A stretch of DNA of 27,654 nt, taken from the IMG/VR virus record IMGVR_UViG_3300044513_001444, positions 1 to 27,654 of that record; one strand, written 5' to 3'. This document shows, one piece after another, positions 9,827 to 21,800 of the stretch. The translations under genes and the position numbers were made by a program. Below the pieces are notes generated by a model. The model saw nothing but the letters and a program-made list of their open reading frames with translations, did not search any database and was not told the origin of the DNA. This stretch comes from a virus (Duplodnaviria; Caudoviricetes). How positions within the stretch are numbered: position 1 is the stretch's first letter; the number at the start of each line of letters is the position of its first letter.

Positions 9827-12800
9827 ATAGCTTTGGAAGACCCCCTGTACCTCTGAGACCAACACCTCTCCTTTGTACGATAGGATAGTTGCTAAGTTGG
9901 GGATCATAATTTAATCCCTTAACATTTGCATAGACTGCTGGAGTAGAACGATCAACATCTCCAAATCTACCCCAAGTAAAGTAGCAGTAAGGACCAGCGG
10001 TAGATCCAACTCCAACAAAATCAGTTGTATCAGTGTAAGATGCGATATTTGCAGTGATTACACCAAGACGACTTCCAGTTCCAGGAACGAAGGATATTGC
10101 ATGAGCATAGTAAATATTATCGCCATTATATGTGGTAATACCAATAATGTCGGTGTCATGAGTATCAACACTAGTTACTGCAACGCCAGTGGTGTTAATT
10201 CCAGAACCATATAGTTTGAACGGATAGTTTGTTCCGAAACCAGTAGGATCATTTCCATCATTTACATAAGATTGAACATCAAACTGGATCTTGAGTGCAA
10301 GGTCGGTTCCGATACCAGGGCATGTGCTGATTCCTGTTACAACACCGATGTATCCTTGTACATTAGCAACCAGAGGTTCAATGCCAGTCATATCTTCATA
10401 GTTAATACCAGAAACTGCAGTTGTACCAAATCCAACCTCGGCAATAAATGCTAAATTAAAGTTCTCGGTCAGACCACCATCAGTATCCTTAAAGAGTGCA
10501 GTAGAATCGACAAATACAAAAGCATCGGTTGTGCTTACAACTCCAATTACGCTAGCAATTGGACTAATCTGCGCCTCAATAGAATCTCTTGCTTTGGATA
10601 CAACACTACCATCAATCAGAATGTCCTTCTTTTGCTTGATCCAAGTAAGGGGTTTGTAGTTATCATTACTAATACCAACACCTTGGTAGAATGGAGTTTC
10701 TACTGTAGCAGCACTGTCAATTCTCTTAACAATTCTATCTTCAGACTGTGCAAAGTTTTCAGAACTCTGGGAAACCATATTGAGCTCAACTTCACCACTC
10801 TTTTCAAGTCTTATAGAGTCACCAACTTTGATAATCTCATTAACATCAAACAAGAAACTATCCTGTCCGATTGTTCCTCTGTAGAAGAAGATAACGACAT
10901 TATCTTCTGGGGTAGGTGCAGTAGTAAATTCAAGAACAGAACCACCAGTGAACGAATAGTTAACTCCAGGTTGCTGAATTACTCCGTTGATAAAGATGAG
11001 AAGAACTGCAGACAGATCAATTTCCTTAGAATCGGCATCATTTCTATCAACCTCGAAGCTAACAATAGATCTTTGATATTCGAGAATAAATCTCTTCTGG
11101 TCTCCATTCTGATATCTCTTAATGTTGTCAAGATAATCAATATTACCAAACTGCCAAGAAGCAACTTGATCAGTAAATACATCGATAACTTCAAGTTCAA
11201 ATTGCAAGAAGTCGTCTCCAGCAGAAGGATCTGTAGAAAGACCTGTTACTGTAAATACATCACCACGCTTAAATCCATATCCCTTCTTAGCAAACTCCCA
11301 ATTTGCTACTTGATAGTAGTTGGATCCAATACCAGTGGATGTAGAAACACCAGCAATTTGAACAGAAACAGAACATCCAACACCAGTTACTGTTGTTGCT
11401 CCAAGACCAATTCTTGATACGCCAACAATGGGAAGATTTTCGCCATTTGGTTCTGGAGAAAGAACGAGGTCATCAGCAGTGTAATTGGTTCCAGGACCAG
11501 TTACAGAGAATACAAGAGATCCAGCAGCACCAACCACTGCAGTAATAGTTGCTCCAGTGCCCGTAGAAGAGGTTACAGCAATGCCAATTGTGCCGAGATT
11601 AGTTCTGTATCCAGAACCGAATGTCAAGGGGTGCCACTGGGCAGCAGTACCGCCACTCACATAAGTGTGTCCAAATGTCGAGGGTCCAACATTAGTCTTA
11701 AATTGAGTTGCTGAAATGAAACCAACAACAGCAAACGGATCATCATGATCTGGGAAGATGTTGGTAGTAATACCAGTTTGAACTTGACCGCCACCAGCAT
11801 AGGTATGGGCGATGGTAGAAATACCAACATTAGTGATAAAGGATGTCGTGGTTCCAACAGAATTTACTGGATAGAAATATCCTTGAGTACCATCTGGGAA
11901 GATAGTAGTAGTTACTCCAGCATGAGGAGCAGAGCAACTAAATCCAATGTATGCTAGTTTGACATCATCTCCAGCAATCAATCCGTGAGCGCCAACGGTA
12001 AATACGGTAGCAATACCAGTAGATTCGTCATATTGGAAGTCATAAACGCTGTATGTTGCGCCGTATCCAGGACAGGTGAATGCCAAACCAACTAACTTAA
12101 CTTGATCTTCCAAAAGGAGACCGTGCGGTGTAGCAGTTGTGACTGTCATAATGCCAGTCTTATTGTCGTAGAATGCCTCAGTGACATTTACAGACGGTCC
12201 TGCAGTTGAGACTCCAATAATATTAGTAATAGTACCTCCAGTACCAACTTCAAGTCTTACAGAAGCACCCTCAAAAGGAGCATATCCCCTACCAGGAGTA
12301 GATGCAACCGATACGATGATTCCACCTCTAGGAAGCTGGTTTTGGTTAATGTCATCGGGATCAATAATTAGATCTGTAAATCCAACTGATGTAATACCAG
12401 TAAACTGAATGCTAGCGGCGGTAGATACTGGCTCTTCAATGATTTTGAAGTTAGATACTCCTTCATTATTCTCACCAAACGGTGCTTGGAAAATTCCATT
12501 GATGAACAGTACACCGTTACCACCAGTTGTACCAATACCAGTTACAGCAGCACCAGTTGCGGTCAGAGGGAAGGTATTCTCCAAACCATCAAATTTATCA
12601 GAAAAATCATCAAACAGTTCGTTTGTATCATAATCAATTCTAAGGTAGGTTCTTCCACCGAATGATGCTCTGGGATAAGGCAAATTACTAGGATCAGTAA
12701 TTCCAAGGTCACCACCAAGAGGCGCCTCGGTAAAGTGAACCTGACTGTTAAGAATTTGGAAAGCACCTCTGTGGATTCTTCCGATAGTTCCTGCTGCGTG

Positions 12801-15800
12801 ATCAGTTGCAGAAGTTCCAACAGCACCTCTTTCAACTTCGGCAATATTCCATGTGCCAATACCAGTAATAGGACCAGTAGAAGTGGTAGCAAAACCAACC
12901 GTTCTTACGATTGTGAATTCATCATCAACTTTTAAAAGATCTCCAGAAGTGACCGTACTAAGACCACTCAGAGCAAACGAAGTAACGAGACCATTAATGG
13001 GTACATCAAGATCATATGTAATTTGAGTATATGTAATTGGTTTTTGTACGATTCCTCCGAGAGCAAGAATTGTCTTCTGGTCTCTCTTCTCCATGGTAAA
13101 TCTATGCTTGTTACCACTTCCAGTTCCAGGTTGGAAAGTAACAGCAATGCCCAATCTAGCATCAGTAATAGATGTGGATATAAAGAACTGACTATTGTTG
13201 TTCTTAACAATGTATACAGTAGAAGGAAGTTCAGTAGAACCGTATCCAGTTACATAGTGTAAGGCACTAGCGGCAATACCAACAATGTTGGAATCTGGAG
13301 TATAAGTTACTTGCTCAGTATTAGAGAAGAAGTGTTTGAAACTAATCAAACCAGTTCCATAATTAATTTGAGTTGGGTTCTGTGGGTTTAAGTCTCTTTC
13401 GTAGATTGGAGTTCCTTGATAAGTAAGATCAAATGTTCTGATGTTTCTGTTATTGATTCCAAGGTAGGTATTTTGAGTTACATTCTCAAATACCTTTCCA
13501 TAGTCAAAAGAACCGATGCCCGCAAGTGTTCCGTTGGGATCAAGATCTTTATACATGATCTCATTATATGAGAAGATGCTAACCATACCAGACACACCCG
13601 CATCTGGATAGAATTCAAGGTTTACTTTTCCACCAGAGAACTCAGCTCCAAATGTACCAATTCCAGTTGTCGTTCCTACAGCAGCGATGGGTGCTTGGGA
13701 AATAAATGTATCTTGCTTCTCTGGATCAGAAAGAACATAGAATTGGTGTAAAGTTTGAGTTGAACCGTAAGAAACATGTACTGTTGACTTGAAGGAAAGG
13801 TCGATATTGCTGGATACGCCAACAATAGTAGAGATACCTGTTGTTGCAGAAGAACCAACAACAATTCTTGCTGTTCTCTCTGTTCCTTCGGGGGTAAATT
13901 CAAGGTTGAAGTGTCTTACAGAAGTAGTTCCAAGTCCAACATTTTCAAAAGATACAAACTTACATCTAACATCAACCGCAGTAATATTAGAATGTGTATA
14001 ATCAATCTTAACGATACCACTTTCGATGCTGGATGTAAATGTGCCCATGAATGTGGGTCCAGATAGTCCACCAAGGCTCTGTCTAGTATTGAAAGTTGCA
14101 AGTTCAGTCAGATATGTATCTGTACCGTCTGTTTGCAGAGCAAGTTCAACATAATCAATCTTATTATCTGCTTTATCTACAACAATAAACTGACCAATAC
14201 CAGCAACATATGTTGTTGTACTAAATCCAATAATTTCTGTTGTAGTAGCAGTTCCTACAATTTTGTTTACGGAGGAGTTTACAACATTTCCAGAGTTTGT
14301 ACTTCCAATTCCCACATCAGCAGAGAAACCTTGCTGAAGGACCTTGATGTCAAAATCAGTGTCAAATGTTTCATAAGGTTTGATTCTCAGTTCTGTAACA
14401 TTTTCATTTGCATTGAAGAACGAGAAGAACTCGCCATATCCAGTAGCAAGACCAACATTGTTGGTATTGTTAACATGAGACTTTTGTAGCAGATATGTAT
14501 TGCCATTTACAACGACAAGAACTAATTCATTAAGTTGGTATTGATTATTGAGAGGATTTTCTGCTGCATGAGTAGTCTGTACCAGATATCTGGAGAAGTT
14601 TCTACCTGCAACAGCGGCAGCGATAGTTCTATCATCACTCAAGTCGTTAGACTCATTGCTAACAAACAAAGGACTAATGTCATCATGAACAAGAACTCTG
14701 TTTGTTTTATTCAAAATAAAGTCAGAAAGTCTTGTAGACCTAAGTTCAACAAACTTAGAAACATTATCTGCAGAATCTACATCTCTAGATTGATCAAATC
14801 CATAAATCGCATCGACTCGTAAAGGATCGGAAATAAAGTCCAGAACAAATCCACCAGCATCATCTGCTGGTTGAGTAGATTCACCAGCGTTTCCAACAGA
14901 AAGAATTTGCGTATTTGCAAAGTTCTTCATTCCTGCTGGGTGAGCAATATTGTTCACATAGGTAACAATCTCATTGTAGGTCTTCTCACTTTCGATAGCG
15001 TAAGACATATTTTGATAATAATCATTATCTGGAAGGTATTGATTATTATCTCCGATCAGTCCGATGTTATCAGACCATCCGAGATCAGCGTCGATGGTTG
15101 CAGAAATATTGAAATATCCATCAAATTCTTGAACAACATCAACTTCTGCTTTATCACCACTGTTAGTACCAACAAGAAGATCATCTGGTTCCAATGGTCT
15201 AGAACCCTCAATGACCATTACTCCAGTAGAAGTATTGATAGATCTCATTACAAGATCTGTTTCTAAATCATTATTTCTTCTAAGCGGTTCATTCTGAGCA
15301 AATTCAGAGAAACTCTTTGTAACAGTAAATCTAGCAAGATCAGTAGATTTTACAATCTGTCCAAATCCAGGTTGAACTGTAGCACCTGTGCCAACATTTG
15401 TTGTCAGTCCAGCGTATGTAAATGTTACTTGTCTTGGGTTTACTGCAGAGTTATAATTAGCAATCGTGAAGTCTGCAAACTTATAGTCTCCAGAATTAAA
15501 TCCATCACCATCATTATTAAATTCAATACCTTCGAGATATACAACTTCTCCAGTAACAAACGGTTCATCAATATACCCTAAGATTGGAGTGGTAATCTTA
15601 CATGTGAGAACTCCAACATCAGAGAAAGCTTCAATAATAGAAATTCCATTACTGTTCCTCAGAGGAGCAAGTCCATAGTCATTATTTGTCAGTCCTCTAG
15701 GTTGAACAACGACGCTTACGCTATTGACAGCAGAATCGCTGAGTTCGCATGTAATAAGTCCATTATTAACAATTTCTCCAGTAGTTAAATCATAGAGAAC

Positions 15801-18800
15801 CAAAGATGGTGCGTTAAGATATGATCTTCCCCCGTATCTAACTTCAGATTCAATAACTTTATCTGCATTCTTGATCTTGACAACTCTAGGTAAAAAGGCA
15901 TCTGGTTTCAGAGTATTATCAGCAGGATATCCATAAACATCTGTAGGAACACTAACAGACTCTAAAAGATTAATACTTTTTCCAACTAACTGAAGATCTG
16001 CACTTACTCCGCTGTTTCCGATAGAAACAATCGCTGGGAATTTAGAATATCCAAATCCACCATTGTTAACTCTTACCTTAGCAATTCCGCCAGTAGCTCC
16101 AATAGATGTTGTTGTATAGTACAACTCATCACAATCTGCAGAGAGATACTCTGATAATTCTGGTTCATATACTAAAGTAGCATCAAAAGTAGTAGAACCT
16201 ATTCCAGAGATCGTGTAATTGCCATTGAAGGCACTGTCAACATAAAGAATCTTAGTGCGTCCATCTACATCTCTATCAGCAGTGGACATGTATCCACCTT
16301 TCTCTAAACCATAATAAACTTCATTTCTAAGTTGTTTGCTAAATGTGACTGTCTTTGTTGGGTAATCATTTGGATTTGTGGTTCCGATCCCAACAGTTCC
16401 TACACCAACGATCTCTAAATTATCAGTGCTTCCTGTACCAACATACTCATTAAAGTAGTTTGAATCATAGAACAGTTTGAACTTAGATCCACTCAAACTC
16501 GTATCATTAAGATTGAATACAAGATTGTTTCTTCTGGTTACTTTAATCGGGGGATTAATTGGATTGAGTGTTTGTCCATCATATCCAAAATCACTAACAC
16601 TTACTATTTCTGGAGGATTAGTAAGAAGTTGCTTTTTGGAGTTTGTAAGTTGGAATGTATCTTGGTCAATTCTAAGAACAAAATAGTTTCTTTGCTCTAA
16701 ACCATCTGGCAAACTAGTCGAAATACCACCAGCACCATACGCAAGAACCTTAAATCCAGTCTCTAAACTATGGTTAGCTACTGTAAATGTATTTGTAGTC
16801 GTATTGATTCCAGTTGTAGGAATACCAATAGGATTGATAATCAGTTGACCATCGATGAGTTTGACAACTGCAGTTGTTGATTGACCAATTCCAGTGCTGA
16901 GACCAGGACGAACGACAAGGTTAAAATCATCTCCGACAGAAAGATCATGATTCTCATTAGTTACTACAGTTAAGACACTTCTCTCAATATCTGCAGTTTG
17001 TTGAGCATAATTCGTGACAAACGAATAATTTGCCTTGTCATCGCCAGTATTCGTAAAGAACAGTTCTGGACCCTCTGGGGTCGTTTTAATTCCAATGGTA
17101 TTCTGAGTCTTCCTTACGATGTAATAGTCCCCAGAGAGGGCGCTAGGGGTCGTATACGGACTAATCGAATCTGTAGCAAAGATATCAGAGTTTCCTCTCT
17201 TATCAAAGGTAACTATATCGTTATTTTTGAGAGAATGGTTGGCAAGGAAAATGGATTGAGACAGAATAGATCTTGTTTTAGTTACTCCGTTTAGAGAAAC
17301 ATTCACAGATGTAGAGAATCCTACCGTTGTTCCAACGCCAACTGCTTCTTTGGGGTTGAAATAGTAGATATCTTGGAACTCAGATTTAAACGGAACAATA
17401 TCTCTGATAAGAACTGTCAGTTCACTGTTAAAGTAGGTTACTGCAGCACCAGCAGATGCAGTTGTGAAACCAGCATATCTTTCAACTCTAATAATACCTT
17501 CACTTGGGAAAGTATTCAGAACTCTCATTGTTTCTGTTCCGATTCCAATAGAATCTCCTGCAGAAACTACAGAGGGTACATAATCTACACGAAGGTCTGT
17601 GATGATTCCAGTGTAACCATCATCGATGAGGTTTGTTTTATAAAGAGGAGCAGAAATTGTCCTATAACCTTCAAGACCTTTAATGTATGTTGAGATTCCA
17701 GTAATACCAACGCTATCGTTAGTCTGGAATTCGTGATATGGAGTTACTTTAAAGATGATTCCATCTCTTCTATACTCCATCGGCACATCAGTAAATCTTG
17801 TGATAGAACTGGATACTCTATCAACAGTTTTACCATATATTCTTTGAACTTCTGCACTCAGTCCACCGCCATTAGTTCCCGTTTCATCAAAAACAAGTTG
17901 ATCCTTTACAGTGTATCCACTACCTCGTGCTAAAACATTGATAGATGTTACCGAACCGATTCCAAGTTTATCTGGTAGAGATTCTTGGTTGTTAGTATTA
18001 TATGGTTGGAACACATAGTCATATGCTTTCCCGTCACCAAAAAGATTATAGGGGAAAGTATTTCTAACTAAAGGAGAATTCTCAAAATTAAAGTTAGTTT
18101 GATCAATAAGTAATCCCCTAACCGTATTTTCAGGAATAGCAAAACTACGGAAAGTATTTCCAATGTAGAATGGAAATACTGGATTATACAGATTGTCTAC
18201 AGTTGCAAAATAAGCATAAACTCCATCAGGGAATTCTGGAGTCTTCGTAAATCTTCCATTATGATCATCTAAATCACCTACACCAGTATAAACATGATCA
18301 TTGATTAAAGAACCGTATGGAAAATCTACAATTGATGGTCTGTTTGAAATATTCGATGGTACAATCTCATATCCAGAGACCATTCTCTTGACATCAGACT
18401 GTACATTATCTGGATCTTCTAATCCAAAAGGACCATAAATGGGATTTCCATCATATGCCCAACCGATGATTGGAGAGTGTCCAGATCCATCATCCCCGAA
18501 GAATGTCCTTATAGAATTACCATATCCAATTGAATTGACGGCAAGACCATCTCCAACGGGTGCCAAATAATTCAATTGAGTAGGATTCAATCCATATGCC
18601 TTGTTAAGTACAAGAGGTCTCAAAGATGCTCTTAGTCTTAAGTTAGATCCAGGGTTAGAAATTCTGATTGTTGTAGTATCGTTTGTGTATCCAACCCCAC
18701 CAGAAATTATTTTTACATCACTGATAGAACCGTTTGTAACTTCGGCACGAAGAACTGCTCCACTCGCTGTAGACTTAGTGCTAAGAACTTCAATTTCTGG

Positions 18801-21800
18801 GGGTCCAGAGTATCCATTTCCTCCAGCAAGGACAAATGCAGAGATAATTCTGCCATTGGATATAATAATACCAATTTGACCAAAAGATCCAGATGGAAAA
18901 GAAATTGTCGGTGCGTTTTCAAAGTTAATGATTGATGATCCATAATTAGATCCTTTTTCATACAAAACAGTATCTACAATGCTTCCTCTGACGATAGGAG
19001 TTGCTGTAAGTTCTTCTTCTGTTTGGTTTTCTGTTAGAACCTTTATTTTACACTCAATTTGAGGATAGTAGAATCTCTGATATCCAGATCCAACAGAATC
19101 GAGATATACATGAAGTCTTCTTTCATAATTTGTAGTTACTGGATCTCTATCTCCTTTATTTCCTGCTTCTGCAAGTCGGAATCTATTATCATCGAGTTTA
19201 ATTACTTGATACTGTTTAGTGGAACTTAATCCAGTTACTGCTGTTGTATCAAATGTATAGTTTACGACTTCACCATCAGAGAATCTATGATTTTTGAATT
19301 CAACAAAATCTCTAGCGGTATTAATTCCAGAAGATTTTACAATAATATGTCTGTTGGTATATCCTTCGCCAGGATCTTCAACACTGACTCTACCAATAGT
19401 AGTTCTTTGCTCATATGTTCTAAAGATGTGCAATCCAGTATTTGCTGCAGCAGCATCTTCACTAATTTGAATACTACTAATACCTAAAATGGCATCATTT
19501 TTGCTGTAGTAAAGAGAAATAGAATTTGTGGAATTGGCATGGATATAATAATCCTGCCCACTCATCAAAGTGAGTTCTTGATTAGAAGATCCAGTGGTAG
19601 CGATTCCAAGATTTGAATTTCCATTGTTATCATAGATAATTCTATCTCCAGTCAGGAGATTGTGATCGCTAGAGAAGGTAACAACATCATTAGTTGCGTT
19701 GACACTTCCACCAGACAGTGTACTAATTCCACTGAATGAAATTTCTCTGTATCTTTCTTCTGTTACTGCCCTTCCTCTGGCACCCTTTCCATTACCACCA
19801 TAAATTTCAACGCTGATAATCGTGTCAATATCAAAGGTAACTGGATCTACTAAGATATTTTTGATATTTCCAGATACAACTGCTAATGCAGCGGCAGTAT
19901 TAGCTGCACTTACATTAGATTCGTTGATGGTAATACTCGGGGGATACATTACATCATAATTAGTGCCGCCACTCAAAATATCTACAGATTTTAATTCTCC
20001 GTAGTAAACAGTATCTTCTCCCTTATAATTTAAGATCTCAGTACCGTTGATGAGCATTCCAGTGTTGCCATCAGAAGTAAATTCTGATGTAGTTTGATCT
20101 TCTTTTCCACTCTTAAGATCTTGCTCAAGAATATATCTGCGAATAGGTCTAGATGGGAAGATATTTCTATTTCCTTGAGAACTCAAAATAAAGTCATGTG
20201 TTCCCGTAGTAGTTGTTGGTGGAACAAAATATTCAGGAAGATCTGCCTTAATAAATGCTCTAGACGCAAAGAGTTGAATCCTATTAGCAGGACTCAAAAC
20301 CTTCACAAAGTAATCTTTTTGCTCAAGACCACCAATTTGTTCTGTTCCTGGTCCAGGATTATAGTAAACTTTGTCTCCAGTTTTAAATGGGACATTGTTG
20401 GAGAAAGCAATGATACTATACGCATTCTCAACACTAGAGTATCCTTGCCAGTTTCCTAACGCAAGAGAGGGATTTGTAAGTTCTGCGTGAATCTTATCAG
20501 TAATAATTGGATAACTGGGAAGAGAACTAGAAGCAACATATGCTTCTCTCTTTCCACTGTTAGACTCATTCTCAGAGACAATATATGCGTTATTGATATC
20601 AGTAAGGAGTTGCTCTTGACCACCCTTTACTGGTACGATTGTAGATCTTGCTTTATTCTGAACTCGTCTAATATCATAATCCGTAAGAGGATTAAGGGTA
20701 GGAATAGTTCCAGATAAGGTTACTGTATTTGATGTTGTGTTTATAGATGTTACTCTTAAATTATCCGCTACAATCTCGGTGTTTCCCCTTGTTAAAAGTT
20801 GTGCGTTGTCACCAACTCTCAAACTAGACTTGTCAACATTTCCTACAAGAACAAAATTAGATCCAGCAAAAGATTCAACAAAATATCGAGTTGAAGTATT
20901 GTAAATCCAAGAATTAAAGAAGATTTCCTCATAATTCTTATCATTATCAGGATTGTCGATGTATCTACCTAAGTTCTTTACTCTAATGGAAGATGTAGAG
21001 TCTAAGTTTTGGAGACCTTGGTTAGTGATGAACTCATTTAAGACACCAGTAACCCGCATTTCTACCTTTTTGGCAGTATCACCATTTTCATAACCATAGA
21101 CAACATTAGGAGCAGATATTTTGCTATTATCTGGAATTGTTGTTGTAATTGTTGGGGTTATGTCAAAGAATTGATTGATACTCTTTGTTCCATAGGAAAC
21201 TGTTTGATAATAAGAGTCTCCAGGGCTTCCTAACTTAAGGGTGCCAATGCTAGAGAACCCGATTGTAGAATCTACCGTAATTACGGATGCGCCAATACCA
21301 ATATCTCCAATATTTCTTGTTCTACCAGAAACTCTGAATGTTCCATCAGTCAGAGATCTTTCATCAAAACCAGTAAATAGTGAAATCTTATAATATCCAT
21401 CTCTGATATTAGAAATTTCAGAAATAGGACCAGATGCTGCGTTATAATTTGAATTATTGGGATCATCATCTTGGAACAAAGTTTCACCAATCAAATTCTG
21501 GGGATTGCCAGAAATCAGTTCAACAGAAATAGTTTTTCTGCGAACAAAATTAGCATAAGAGGGTTTGATGAGAAACTTCTCAAGATCGTTAATTTTGGGG
21601 TCAATTCCGAACAAAGCTTTGAACAGAATTTTGAAGGAATCTTCCGTTCCCTTTGCTTCATATAAACTTCTTGCTTCTTTGATAAAATTATTTACATTCA
21701 GGTCAGGAGAAAGAGTTACGCCCTCTAATCCAGGAGCGTACATTCCTTTAAGTTTCTTATAAAACTCTTTTAGGAAAAGGGCACTTACATTAATAACAGC

